Shown here: positions 10,417 to 20,745 of the stretch, piece after piece
Position numbering within the stretch: the first letter of the stretch is position 1
Layout: each line of letters opens with the position of its first letter
Assembly: GCA_027021705.1 (NCBI GenBank)
Contig: JALUTT010000027.1
Span: 1 to 63,459 of the forward strand
Direction: 5' to 3'
DNA length: 63,459 nucleotides
DNA from: Anaerolineae bacterium
GTDB lineage: Bacteria > Chloroflexota > Anaerolineae > S140-20
Position numbers and translations under genes: made by a program
The notes under the pieces: generated by a model
Database searches by the model: none
What the model was told of the DNA's origin: nothing
What the model saw: only the letters and a program-made list of their open reading frames with translations

Positions 10417-13400
10417 GCGATCCCGTGCGCCCCCCCAAGGTTCGTTTTCTCGCCCTCGCCTTCGGATTGCTGGCCGTGGCCGTGGCGGCAGCAGCCTTGG
10501 TCAGCGCCCACCGCCGGGCGACCCGGGGGATCCCCCCTGGTCTGCCGGAGCCGGTGGCGGCCAGCGGGGACCTGCCCCTCCTGGGCGTCAACGTGGCCCT
10601 GGAGCAGTACCCCGACGACGAAGCCCTTGACCAAGCCCTCCGGCTCATTGCCGACGGCGGCTTCGCCTGGGTCCGCCAGACCTTCCCCTGGGCGGCCATC
10701 GAGCCTGCGCCGGGCGAGGAGGTCTGGGAGCCCTGGGACCGAATCGTGGAGGCGGTGGCCCGGCACGACCTCCGCCTCATCGCCGTCCTGGACACCGCGC
10801 CGGTCTGGGCGACCCAGGTGCCCGGCCTCCCGCCGGAGGTCGTCGCCCCGCCCACCGATCCTGCCACCTTTGCCGTCTTCGCCCGCCGTTTCGCCGCCCG
10901 CTACGGCGACCGGGTGGCCGCCTACCAGGTCTGGGACGAGCCCAATCTCGCCAGCCACTGGGGGGGGCGGGACGTGGATCCGGCGGAGTACGCGGCGCTG
11001 CTGCGGGCCGCTGCCGAGGCGATCCGCCAGGCGGACCCGGAGGCGCTGGTCCTGCTGGCCGGCCTGGCCCCTACGGTGGAGCAGGGGCCGCGCAACCTCT
11101 CCGACGTCCGCTACCTGGAACGCCTCTACGCCCTGGGGGCAGCCGACGCCTTCGACGTGGTGGTCGGCAAGCCCTATGGCTTCTCCACCGGCCCCGACGA
11201 CCGACGGGTGGACGAGGGGGTGCTCAACTTCTCCCGCCTCATCCTCCTGCGCGAAGTAATGGAGGCCCACGGCGACGGGGGCAAGGCGGTCTGGGCCAGC
11301 CACTTCGGATGGAATGCCTTGCCGCCGGACTGGAGGGGGGCACCTTCCATCTGGGGGCAGGTGGACGAGGCAACCCAGGCCCGCTATACCGTCGGCGCCG
11401 TCGAGCGGGCCTGGCTGGAATGGCCCTGGCTGGGGGTGATGGTGCTGGAGCACTTCCAGCCCCCCTATCCGCCGGACGACCCCCACTGGGGCTTCGCTCT
11501 GGTCTGGCAGGACGGGCAGCCCCGCCCCGTCTACCGGGCGCTCCGCCGGATGAGCGAGGGGGATTCGCCCCTCGCGGCGGAGGTCAACCGGCCCGGCTTC
11601 CACCACGCCGCTCGGGGCATTGCCTCCTACGAGGGCCAATGGCGCTTCTCCGAGCTGGGGGCCGACGTGACGCGGGAGCGGGGGGAGCGGGTGACGATCC
11701 CCTTCTGGGGGACCGACTTCGGCCTGCGGGTCCGGCGGGGCGACTACCGGGCCTACTACTACGTGACGGTGGATGGCCGGCCGGCCAACCGGCTCCCCAC
11801 CGACGAGCGGGGCGCTTACCTGGTCCTCACCTCGGCCGATCGGCAGTACCGGGTGGAGACGGTGACGGTGGCCGCCGACCTATCTCCGGGCCCCCACGTG
11901 GCCGTCGTCGAAGCGGAGCGGGGGTGGGGGCAGTGGTCGCTGGTGGGCTGGTCGGTGGGCTGGCATCCGGGCGAGCGCCGCTACCGGTGGGCACTGCGGG
12001 GGCTGGGGCTGCTGGCCCTCCTGTTGGTCGGTGGGCTGGTCTGGGAACTGCGCCGCTACCCCTGGCGGGCCGTCGGCTCGGCGCCGGTCGCCGCCCTCCG
12101 CCGGCTGGGGGAGGGGAGACGGCTGGCGTTGGCCGCCCTGACGACGGCGCTCCTCTGGGCGGGGGCCTGGTCCAGTTGGGGGCAGGTTGCCCTGGCCGCG
12201 CCGGCCGGCAGCGGGCTGGCCGGCCTGCTGGGGATGGTCGTCGCGCTGGCGACCTATCAGCTCTCGCCGGCCCTGCTCCTCAGCCTCCTGGCCCTGGCCT
12301 TCCTGGCCCTCCTGATCATCCTGCAGCCCGAACTGGGCCTCTACCTTATCGCCTTCGCCGCCCCCTTCTACCTGCAATCCCGCCCGATGTTCGACAAGGC
12401 TTTCTCGATGGTGGAGATCGCCACGCTGCTGACCGTCGGGGCGGGCTTGGTTCGGGGGATGGGGCCGGTCCTCAGAGGCCGGTGGGCGGAGATCGGGGCG
12501 CGGTGGCACCGGGTACGGCGTGGGCTCACCGGGATGGACCGAGCGGTTCTCTTCTTCGTCCTCGTCGCCTTCGCTTCCCTCTTCGTCGCCGAGATCCCCG
12601 GCGTGGCGAAGCGGGAGTTCCGGGTCGTCGTCTTGGAGCCGGCCCTCTTCTACCTGTTGCTGCGGACGATGCCGCTGGACCGGGGGAGGCGCTGGCGGCT
12701 GGTGGACGCTTTCCTGCTGGGGGCGGTGGGGGTGGCCCTCGTCGGCCTCTATCAGTTCGGCTTCCGCACCGACCTGATCACCGCCGAGGGGGGCTTCCCC
12801 CGCATCAAGAGCGTCTACGGTTCGCCCAATAACGCGGCCCTCTACCTGGGCCGGGCGCTGCCCGTCGCCCTCGCCGTCGCCCTCCTGGGAGAGGAGCGGC
12901 GGCGTCGGCTGGCCTACGGGCTGGCAGTGCTCCCCCTGGGGTTGGCGATGGTGCTCACCTTCTCCAAGGGGGGGCTGGTGCTGGGGATGCCGGCCGCGCT
13001 GCTGACCATCGGGCTGCTGGCCGGCGGGCGCTGGCTCTGGGCCTCCCTGGCCGCCCTGGGGGCCGGGCTCCTCGCCCTGATCCCGTTGCTGCGCACTCCC
13101 CGCTTCGCCTCCCTGCTCAACCCGACCCGGGGGACCGGCTTCTTCCGGCTGCACCTCTGGATGAGCACGCTCCAGATGATCCGAGACCACCCCTGGCTGG
13201 GGGTGGGGCTGGACAACTTCCTGTACCAGTACCGGGGGAAGTACATCCGGCCGGCTGCCTGGCAGGAGCCGGACCTCTCCCATCCCCACAACTGGGTGCT
13301 GGACTACGCCAGCCGGCTGGGGCTGTTGGGGCTGGCGGCGGGGGTGTGGCTCCAGGTCGCTTTCTGGCGGCGGGCGCTCCCTCTCCGGTGGCTCCGGGAC

Positions 13401-13577
13401 CGGGATGATCGGGCGCTGGCCATCGGCCTGATGGCCTCGATGGCCGACTTCCTGGCCCACGGGCTGGTGGACAACAGCTTCTTCCTGGTGGACCTGGCCT
13501 TCGCCTTTTTCCTGACCCTGGGGCTGGTGGCACAGATTGCAAGTTGCAAATTGCAGATTGCAGGGGGCAAGGAGTGA
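10413..13577 (+). CDS. fusion of a clan GH-A-like TIM barrel and an O-antigen ligase-like (Wzy_C) membrane domain
   Basis: WVRQTFPWAAIEP and VWDEPN at the N-terminus; multi-TM region with SVYGSPNN, TFSKGG, R..LW, GVGLDNF, HPHN. Confidence 0.85.
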   Translation: MSDPVRPPKVRFLALAFGLLAVAVAAAALVSAHRRATRGIPPGLPEPVAASGDLPLLGVNVALEQYPDDEALDQALRLIADGGFAWVRQTFPWAAIEPAPGEEVWEPWDRIVEAVARHDLRLIAVLDTAPVWATQVPGLPPEVVAPPTDPATFAVFARRFAARYGDRVAAYQVWDEPNLASHWGGRDVDPAEYAALLRAAAEAIRQADPEALVLLAGLAPTVEQGPRNLSDVRYLERLYALGAADAFDVVVGKPYGFSTGPDDRRVDEGVLNFSRLILLREVMEAHGDGGKAVWASHFGWNALPPDWRGAPSIWGQVDEATQARYTVGAVERAWLEWPWLGVMVLEHFQPPYPPDDPHWGFALVWQDGQPRPVYRALRRMSEGDSPLAAEVNRPGFHHAARGIASYEGQWRFSELGADVTRERGERVTIPFWGTDFGLRVRRGDYRAYYYVTVDGRPANRLPTDERGAYLVLTSADRQYRVETVTVAADLSPGPHVAVVEAERGWGQWSLVGWSVGWHPGERRYRWALRGLGLLALLLVGGLVWELRRYPWRAVGSAPVAALRRLGEGRRLALAALTTALLWAGAWSSWGQVALAAPAGSGLAGLLGMVVALATYQLSPALLLSLLALAFLALLIILQPELGLYLIAFAAPFYLQSRPMFDKAFSMVEIATLLTVGAGLVRGMGPVLRGRWAEIGARWHRVRRGLTGMDRAVLFFVLVAFASLFVAEIPGVAKREFRVVVLEPALFYLLLRTMPLDRGRRWRLVDAFLLGAVGVALVGLYQFGFRTDLITAEGGFPRIKSVYGSPNNAALYLGRALPVALAVALLGEERRRRLAYGLAVLPLGLAMVLTFSKGGLVLGMPAALLTIGLLAGGRWLWASLAALGAGLLALIPLLRTPRFASLLNPTRGTGFFRLHLWMSTLQMIRDHPWLGVGLDNFLYQYRGKYIRPAAWQEPDLSHPHNWVLDYASRLGLLGLAAGVWLQVAFWRRALPLRWLRDRDDRALAIGLMASMADFLAHGLVDNSFFLVDLAFAFFLTLGLVAQIASCKLQIAGGKE

Positions 13578-14164
13578 TGGTTATGGAAGTTCAAATTGGC
13601 AACGCCCGGTTGGAGTTGATCCGGGGAGACATCACGGAGATGGACACCGAGGCGATTGTGAACGCGGCCAACAGCCGGCTGGCCCACGGCGGCGGGGTGG
13701 CCGGGGCCATTGTGCGCAAGGGGGGCCACGTCATCCAGGCGGAAAGCGATGCCTGGGTGCGCGAGCACGGGCCGGTGCCCACGGGAGGCGCGGCCATCAC
13801 CGGCGCGGGACGGCTCAAGGCCCGCTACGTCATCCACGCCGTGGGGCCGGTCTACGATGGGACCCCCCGCTGCGCGGAGCTGTTGGCCTCGGCCGTGCGC
13901 AGCAGCCTGGCCCTGGCCGACGAGCGGGGGATCAAAAGCATCGCGCTGCCGGCCATCAGCACCGGTATCTTCGGCTATCCGATGGACGAGGCTGCCGGGA
14001 TCATCCTGCGGACGGTGGTGGACTACCTGCGGGGGGAGACGGGCTTGGAGCGCGTGGTCCTCTGCCTATGGGACGAGCGGGCCTACCGCGCCTTTGAGCG
14101 GGCGTTGGGGGAGATTGATGCCCCGTTTGACTCTTTCACTCGAAACCGTCCCGACTCCCGTTAG
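13577..14164 (+). CDS. macro domain protein (O-acetyl-ADP-ribose deacetylase/YmdB-like)
   Basis: GDIT, IVNAAN, GGGVAGAI, VIHAVGP, PAISTGIFGYP. Confidence 0.93.
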   Translation: MVMEVQIGNARLELIRGDITEMDTEAIVNAANSRLAHGGGVAGAIVRKGGHVIQAESDAWVREHGPVPTGGAAITGAGRLKARYVIHAVGPVYDGTPRCAELLASAVRSSLALADERGIKSIALPAISTGIFGYPMDEAAGIILRTVVDYLRGETGLERVVLCLWDERAYRAFERALGEIDAPFDSFTRNRPDSR

Positions 14165-15752
14165 GGTGCACAACCCGCGGATGTGGTATTTCCACCTGAA
14201 GGAGCAGGCCACCATCGGCCTGGTTTTGTAGCCTCAAGCGCCCTCCCAACAGTGCTACTCGTTCGCTGATGCCCAGCAGACCGTAGTGCCCTTTAGCTGA
14301 AAGCGCTGAAAGGTCGAAGCCCTGGTCTAACCCCCACCCGTTGTCAGCGATGGATATCATCAGTGTGCGCGGCGATGTGTGCTTGAGGCAGATTTGCACG
14401 GCGGTGGCGTGGGCGTGTTTGCGCACGTTGCTCAGCCCTTCCTGCACAATGCGGAAGATCGAGAGCTCAATGGGTTCAGGCAAGCGTCCCAGATCGGGGT
14501 CCAAGTCGAGGGTCACGGAAATGCCTGTTCGCTCAGCCCAGTCGCGCGTGTAGGATTGGAGTGCCGCACCCAGACCCAGGCTGTCAATTGTCGGCGGACG
14601 CAAATCGCCACAGATGCGACGCAACTCGTCTACCAGCGCTCGTATGCTGTTCCGAACCTGCGTCAATTCGCGCTTGAGGTCCGGCCTGACATCCCCTTCC
14701 GCTTCAATCTCTTCCAACTGGTAGTTTACGCTCAACAGGTCTTGGATCACCTGGTCGTGAAGCTCACGGGCCAGGTGTTTACGCTCCTGCTCTCGTTCGG
14801 TGAGGAGACGGCGTTGAGCTGCCTGCAGGGCCTGGTTGGCGTTATCCAATGCATCAACCTGAGCAGCCAACTGGTCAATAAGCTGTCGCTTGATGGTATC
14901 CTGAGCGGCCAGGTCTCGCTCCAGCATCCGCTGTTGATGGCGCAGTTTCTCCGCCTGTTCTCGAGCACGGTAGTAGCTGTCCAGTGCCCAAATGGCCGGC
15001 GTGAGCTGCCGGCGGTCAGTGGTGCCCACTAACGCAGCCACGATCTCCTCACGGTTCGTCTCATCGGTGCGGTGCTCAGCTACCTTCCGTCCCGCCCGCA
15101 AGGCGATAATACGATCGGTCACCGCAAAGAGATGATCGAGGTTGTTGCTGCCGAAGAGGATGGCCGTTCCCTGCTGTTGCCACATTTGAATCAGCGACAG
15201 GAGTTTTTGCTGGTAGGAATAACTTAACAGCCCAGTTGGCTCATCAATGATGATCAGCCTGGCGGGGCGGGTCATCACTCGGGCGATGGCGATCATCTGA
15301 CGCTGTTCGCTTGATAGGTTGGACACTTTTTCACGAAGAGTGTTGAAATGCACGTCCAGTTGGAGCAAGATTCGGGCTGCTTCTTTGTTCATTTGCCGTC
15401 GATTGGGCACCTTCAGCCACCCACCTATGGCTGGCCAACCGGGCTCGCTTCCCAGAAATATGTTGCTGGCAATGTCCAGATGCTCAGCCAGATCTGGTTT
15501 TTGGTGAATGACCTCAATGCCCATCGCCCGTGCTCGGAAAGGCCACCGAAGCCGCCGTCCGGCGAAGTAGATTTCGCCTTCGCTCGGCGCATAGAGGCCG
15601 GCCAATAGCATAGCCAACACCGACTTGCCCGACCCGCTCTGACCGGCAAGCCCCACCACTTCACCTGAATAGACCTCAAAGCTCACACGCTGCACGGCCG
15701 GTAGGGTACCGAAACTTTTGGAAAGATTGCTAACTTTTAGTAATGGTTCCAT
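14136..15752 (-). CDS. ABC ATPase-like domain fused to HisKA_3/HATPase sensor histidine kinase
   Basis: Walker A GQSGSGKS, Walker B IIIDEP; coiled coil; H-box RELHD, N-box QEGLSNVRKHA, DNGWG, GHYGLLGISER. Confidence 0.9.
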   Translation of the reverse strand: MEPLLKVSNLSKSFGTLPAVQRVSFEVYSGEVVGLAGQSGSGKSVLAMLLAGLYAPSEGEIYFAGRRLRWPFRARAMGIEVIHQKPDLAEHLDIASNIFLGSEPGWPAIGGWLKVPNRRQMNKEAARILLQLDVHFNTLREKVSNLSSEQRQMIAIARVMTRPARLIIIDEPTGLLSYSYQQKLLSLIQMWQQQGTAILFGSNNLDHLFAVTDRIIALRAGRKVAEHRTDETNREEIVAALVGTTDRRQLTPAIWALDSYYRAREQAEKLRHQQRMLERDLAAQDTIKRQLIDQLAAQVDALDNANQALQAAQRRLLTEREQERKHLARELHDQVIQDLLSVNYQLEEIEAEGDVRPDLKRELTQVRNSIRALVDELRRICGDLRPPTIDSLGLGAALQSYTRDWAERTGISVTLDLDPDLGRLPEPIELSIFRIVQEGLSNVRKHAHATAVQICLKHTSPRTLMISIADNGWGLDQGFDLSALSAKGHYGLLGISERVALLGGRLRLQNQADGGLLLQVEIPHPRVVHPNGSRDGFE

Positions 15753-15753
15753 C

Positions 15754-16809
15754 TCATCTAAAGGGATCGGGGAAGAAGGGATCGGGCAAAGGCTGACTGA
15801 AATCGTTGGTCTTCCAGGCCCGGAGCATCGCCTCCACATTATTGTGTGTGACAATGTCCATGCCGGAGTTGATGAAAGGGGGAAACGACTTGCCTTCGAT
15901 CACGTGATCGTAAATGATTTGTATCGTGTCGTACCCCCATCCCCAGTATTTTTGACCTACCAATCCCGATAGATACCCGTCGCGCAGCAGCTCCAATTCG
16001 ACTGGCAGCGTATCAAAGGCGACCGTCTTCATACCCCGGTGCAGAGCGGCCTCTTCCCATAACGGCATGGAGCCGCGCTCGGCGAAAAGGGGCCACATAC
16101 CGACAAAGAACCAGCCATCCAGGTCTGGATGTGCCTGCATGGTCTCTTCTACGAGCTGCACTCCCAGGTTGATGTCGTCGTTGCTAGCAACCGTTGCAAC
16201 GATCTGAATGCCGGGGTAAGCGGCAATGCTGTCTTTGAAGCCGCGAATGCGCTCCTCCAGGTTAAACGCGCCCGGGACGCCGGTGAGGATGGCGACTTTT
16301 CCTCGGGGGCCCATTGCGCGTACCAGCAGGTCTGCTGCGGCCCGACCAGCCTGGTAGTTATCTACCCCTAGATAGGTAAAGCGCTGGCTCTCGGGTGAAT
16401 CGGAGTCCCACGTCATCACCGGGATGCCAGCAGCTACAGCCTTCTGGATCGGATCGATACAGGCCGTGGGATCGTTACACGAGATTGCAATGGCATCTAC
16501 CCCCCGCGCGATGACATCTTCCATCACCCGCACCTGCTCAGCCGCATCAGCCGCCACAGAGCCCACGTACAGCACTTCCACCTGCACTGGCCCGCTGGTT
16601 GTCAATTCAGTCGCCTTCTGAACGGCACCCTGACGGCCCAACTCAAAAACTGGATTGTCCAGGGCCTTGGGAATCCAGGCTATGGTGAGCGTTTCTCGGC
16701 TCAGGTCTGTGTCAGGGTTCAGTTTGCCGGCCGATTCAGCATAGACCTGGCAGCCAACAAGCCCGCCAGCCAGCAGGAGGATCAAACCCCACAGTAGCTG
16801 ATGTATCAT
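15754..16809 (-). CDS. sugar ABC substrate-binding lipoprotein (RbsB/CUT2 family)
   Basis: Lipobox [29 protein letters not shown]. Confidence 0.9.
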   Translation of the reverse strand: MIHQLLWGLILLLAGGLVGCQVYAESAGKLNPDTDLSRETLTIAWIPKALDNPVFELGRQGAVQKATELTTSGPVQVEVLYVGSVAADAAEQVRVMEDVIARGVDAIAISCNDPTACIDPIQKAVAAGIPVMTWDSDSPESQRFTYLGVDNYQAGRAAADLLVRAMGPRGKVAILTGVPGAFNLEERIRGFKDSIAAYPGIQIVATVASNDDINLGVQLVEETMQAHPDLDGWFFVGMWPLFAERGSMPLWEEAALHRGMKTVAFDTLPVELELLRDGYLSGLVGQKYWGWGYDTIQIIYDHVIEGKSFPPFINSGMDIVTHNNVEAMLRAWKTNDFSQPLPDPFFPDPFR

Positions 16810-17828
16810 AGTGCAGCACTCATGCGTCGCCAGTAGTCCAGCAGGATGGCCACCAGAATCATCGCTCCGATGGCTGCGGCCTGCCAGTAGGCGGGAAACC
16901 CCAGGAGCACCAACCCATTGCGTAATACCTGCATAATGGCGGCTCCCAGCAACACCCCCAGAATGCTTCCCTCGCCGCCGAAGAGGCTGGTTCCCCCGAT
17001 GACCGCAGCCGCGATGATGTCAAGTTCATACCCGACCGCGGCAGTGGGTGCCGCGACGCCCAGGCGCGCGGTCATCAAGAGGCCGCCAACGGCCGTCAAC
17101 AGCCCGCACAGGGTGTAGACCAACACCCTGATTTGAGCAGTATTGACTCCGCAGACAAGCAATGCCCGTTCGCTGTTGCTCAGGGCATAGATGTAGCGGC
17201 CCAACACGGTCTGGCCCAGCAGCAGGCTAACCAGCGCTGCCAGACCCAGCATAACAAGGACTGGGAGAGGAAGGAACCAGGATCCCAGAGGCAGGTCGTA
17301 CTGGCCCAATAAGCGGAACCCCTGCGGCAAGTTGCGCACCGGCCACCCTCCGGTTAACCCAAAGGTGACCCCCCGCGCGATACTCATAGTCCCCAGGGTG
17401 ACGATGAAAGGGGGCAGCTTCACGCGACCAACCATCACACCGTTGACCCCGCCGACCAGTCCTCCTGTCAGTAGCCCGGCGGCGACAGCCACCAACACGG
17501 GCAGGCCGGCCTGTAGACAAAGCGCGCTGATGAGGCCGGCCAATGCCATCACAGCCCCCACCGACAAGTCAATTCCGCCGATGATGATGACCATACTCTC
17601 ACCAAAGGCAGCGATGGCGATCCACGAGAATGCACGCGCAACGTTGAACAGGTTCCTGCTGGTGAAGAAGGTATCCGTTCGCAGGCTCAAGAAGACACCA
17701 ATGACAAGCAGTAGGACGAGTACAACAAACTCCTGGCGGCCCAGCAGAATGCTCCAACTCCACGTCAGGGGTCTGGGTAGAGCTGGCTTTTCCCCAGCCC
17801 GTGATGGGACAACGATCTTCTCGTCCAT
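16806..17828 (-). CDS. sugar ABC permease (RbsC/CUT2 family)
   Basis: [37 protein letters not shown]. Confidence 0.93.
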   Translation of the reverse strand: MDEKIVVPSRAGEKPALPRPLTWSWSILLGRQEFVVLVLLLVIGVFLSLRTDTFFTSRNLFNVARAFSWIAIAAFGESMVIIIGGIDLSVGAVMALAGLISALCLQAGLPVLVAVAAGLLTGGLVGGVNGVMVGRVKLPPFIVTLGTMSIARGVTFGLTGGWPVRNLPQGFRLLGQYDLPLGSWFLPLPVLVMLGLAALVSLLLGQTVLGRYIYALSNSERALLVCGVNTAQIRVLVYTLCGLLTAVGGLLMTARLGVAAPTAAVGYELDIIAAAVIGGTSLFGGEGSILGVLLGAAIMQVLRNGLVLLGFPAYWQAAAIGAMILVAILLDYWRRMSAAL

Positions 17829-17866
17829 AGCGTAGTGGTGTAGGTGGCAGACGACAGACGTCGCTA

Positions 17867-18925
17867 TTAACCCAATGCAATCACATCATCTATGATCTGA
17901 CACAGTGTGGCTGCATCCAGGTCTTTTTTGTCCAGGAAGGCTACAGCACCTGCCTCCAAGCCCCGCCTGTGGAACTCCCGGTCGGGGTAGGCGCTGATGA
18001 GGATGATACGCGACTGGGGCGATATGGCTTTGATCCGCCGCGTGCAATGGATGCCATTCTCTTCCCCCAGGATCACATCAACGAGCACCAATTGAGGCGC
18101 GACACGCCGGGCCAGATGCACCGCCTCTCCGATGTTCTCAGCTTCGTAAACTACGACCTCAGGGCGCACTCTGCCAATCACCCGATGCAATTGGCGGCGA
18201 TAGCGAGCGTTGTCGTCTACCAGTAACATTGTAACACGGCCTGAGGCGGGAGGTTTGGGAGCGGCAGGAATCACAGCCGCTGTCTGCCCTCCCGGAGCCA
18301 GGATTTCTGGGTGCTGCATTGCATAGTTGACAGCTTCCAGCCGACTCTGAACATTTAACCGCCGATAGAGGCTCGTGAGGTGATTCTCGACCGTTTTGAC
18401 ACTCAGGTTCAACTGCCGGGCAATCGTCTGGTTGTCCAATCCTTCGATCAGTAACCGTAGGATGTCACGCTGACGTGTGGTCAAGGGTGGTGTGGGGAGA
18501 GGCGCATCCATGTAGCGAACCAGCTTGTCAACCAGTGGGCTGCAGATCCATTTCTCGCCAGCCAGCACACGCTGGACCGCCAGTCGCAGGTCGCTGAGCG
18601 GTTGATCCTTCAGATGATAGCCATCAACACCGGCTCCCAGCAATCCCTGTACGTAGATGTCATCATCGTAGGCACTCACAACCAGGATTTTCATAGAAGG
18701 ATAGCGCCTGCGGATCTGGCGAATGGCAGTCACAGGCTCAAAATTGGGCATGGTCACGTCTATCAGCAAGCAGTCGGGCCGCACCTCGGCCAAGGCAGCA
18801 AACAAGGTCGGGCCGTCTCCCACCTCACCGACGATCTCCAGGTTAGGAAGTTCCTGCAATGCGTTGCGGATGCCGGCCCGCACAACGGCATGGTCATCTG
18901 CCAGCAGAATACGCACTTTCTCCAT
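17867..18925 (-). CDS. response regulator REC - LuxR HTH - REC
   Basis: LADDHAVVRAG; LTTRQRDIL...LSVKTVENH; second REC LLVDDN...LVDV...FLDK. Confidence 0.92.
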   Translation of the reverse strand: MEKVRILLADDHAVVRAGIRNALQELPNLEIVGEVGDGPTLFAALAEVRPDCLLIDVTMPNFEPVTAIRQIRRRYPSMKILVVSAYDDDIYVQGLLGAGVDGYHLKDQPLSDLRLAVQRVLAGEKWICSPLVDKLVRYMDAPLPTPPLTTRQRDILRLLIEGLDNQTIARQLNLSVKTVENHLTSLYRRLNVQSRLEAVNYAMQHPEILAPGGQTAAVIPAAPKPPASGRVTMLLVDDNARYRRQLHRVIGRVRPEVVVYEAENIGEAVHLARRVAPQLVLVDVILGEENGIHCTRRIKAISPQSRIILISAYPDREFHRRGLEAGAVAFLDKKDLDAATLCQIIDDVIALG

Positions 18926-18935
18926 AATTGGAGCT

Positions 18936-19076
18936 ATTATACCATCCCCCTACTTCATTGTCTACCTATCTTGGCAGACGAGGCATAGGGGAAATCCACC
19001 ATCTGAAACAGGGAGGAATCCACCATCCATCCCAGGGGGAAAGGGGGTTGAAAAGCACATTGTTCTTGGGTATACT
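18936..19076. promoter_or_regulatory. divergent promoters (minus TAGACA-17-TATAAT at 18964-18936; plus TTGAAA-17-TATACT at 19048-19076) with direct repeat aatccaccatc at 18993 and 19017
   Basis: Boxes and the 11-bp direct repeat were read directly. Confidence 0.6.
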
Positions 19077-19245
19077 CCGGGCAGATAACCTCGGCTCAAT
19101 AGACCATCCGAATGTTGCGCCGTGGCAGCAAGCGGCTACGAATCGAGAAAAGGAGGTGCATCTGCCCAACGAAATCTCGCACATCAGGTCCAATTCCTGA
19201 TCCCAAACCGCATAAGATTGCTCAACCAATAGGAGGGGAAGGGTA

Positions 19246-20589
19246 ATGCGTAAGAAAATCCTGGCTTTTCTAACATTGGCGCTCGTGGGCCTGATTGGTG
19301 TTGCCTGTGCTCGACAGACCACTGTCGTCAAGGAGGTTGTCGTCACGGCGACGCCGAAGCCGGAAGAGAGGAAACTGGAAATCTTCCATTGGTGGACCGC
19401 TCCTGGTGAGCGTGAAGCCGCTGATGCCATGTTCGCCGCGCTGAAGGCTGCCTACCCGGACATCGAGGTGGTTGAGAACCCGGTGGCCGGCGGCGGTGGC
19501 GTGAGCCACCGGGTGGTCTTGCAGGGTCGTATTGCCGCCGGCATCCCACCGGACACGTTCCAGACCTTGGGTGGCGCCGAACTGAAGCAGTATGTGGACG
19601 GTGGCGTCCTACAACCTCTGGATGATCTCTGGAAAGAGCTCAATTACTACGATGTTGTCCCCGGGCCATTGGCCAAAGCGGTCTCGGTGAACGGGCGCCC
19701 GTATGTCGTGCCGCTGAACATGCACATCCAGAATATCCTCTATTACAACAAGAAGCTGTTCGATGAGCTACAGATCGCACCGCCTACCACCTTCGAAGAG
19801 CTAATCGCTGCCTGCGACAAGATCAAGACCGCCGAGCCGGATATGATCTGCTTCGCGGTTGGCTCCAAGGAGAAATGGGAGGCTGCTTTCGTCTTCGATA
19901 GCATCTACCTGGAAGAGGCTGGACCTGAAAACTACGTCAAGCTCTACAAAGGCGAACTTGACGTGGTCAACGATTCAGCCTATCGGCGTTCCTTAGAGAA
20001 GCTTGAGCAACTGATCCCTTACATCAACACCGATCACGCCAGCCTGACCTGGGACCAGGCGGTCGGTCTGGTGGGCTCTGAGAAGGCCGCTATGACCTTG
20101 ATGGGCACCTGGGCGATCGGCGCCCTCACCAAAGGGTCTGGTTGGGAGCCAGGTGTTGACTTCGGTGCGGTCACCTTCCCCCAGAAGCCTGAGCGCATCT
20201 TGCTCTTCCATCCAGACGCGTATGGGCTCACGGTCGGCGCACCGCACCCATCAACCACCCTGGACTGGCTGAGGGTCGTTGCTTCGCCGGAACTGCAGAT
20301 CCCGACGGATGTCATCCAAGGCGGTCTGTTCGCACGCACGGACATCGATCCCACCGAGTTCCCCGACCCGATCCGCCAGGAGATGCAAACCTTCGTGCGA
20401 GACCACCCAGACAAGCTGATCCTGGATCAGCATGGGAGCATCCTACCCGGTGCTGCGACGCCGATCTACTGGGATATCCTCGCGTCCTTCCTGGCTCAGC
20501 CGGATGTGGATGGCACGATCCAGGCCGTTGCCAACATGATGACCACTTACGAAGTGAAGGAGGCCTCAGCTTGGTACCAGTGGCCATAA
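19246..20589 (+). CDS. carbohydrate ABC substrate-binding lipoprotein (CUT1; glucose/mannose-binding-like)
   Basis: Lipobox GVAC; EIFHWWT, GGGG, PPDTFQ. Confidence 0.9.
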   Translation: MRKKILAFLTLALVGLIGVACARQTTVVKEVVVTATPKPEERKLEIFHWWTAPGEREAADAMFAALKAAYPDIEVVENPVAGGGGVSHRVVLQGRIAAGIPPDTFQTLGGAELKQYVDGGVLQPLDDLWKELNYYDVVPGPLAKAVSVNGRPYVVPLNMHIQNILYYNKKLFDELQIAPPTTFEELIAACDKIKTAEPDMICFAVGSKEKWEAAFVFDSIYLEEAGPENYVKLYKGELDVVNDSAYRRSLEKLEQLIPYINTDHASLTWDQAVGLVGSEKAAMTLMGTWAIGALTKGSGWEPGVDFGAVTFPQKPERILLFHPDAYGLTVGAPHPSTTLDWLRVVASPELQIPTDVIQGGLFARTDIDPTEFPDPIRQEMQTFVRDHPDKLILDQHGSILPGAATPIYWDILASFLAQPDVDGTIQAVANMMTTYEVKEASAWYQWP

Positions 20590-20745
20590 GTGGCTCGTAA
20601 AAGCCGTCCGATCGCTATGCTGGTCCTCAAGCCTAGGCTTATGTGGGTGTCAGGTAGGGATGCCGGATGGAGCATCCCTACCTGATTTCTCGACCATAGG
20701 AATAGGCTCTCTATGCCGTGGGTCTTCAGAAGTGGATGGGGTGAT

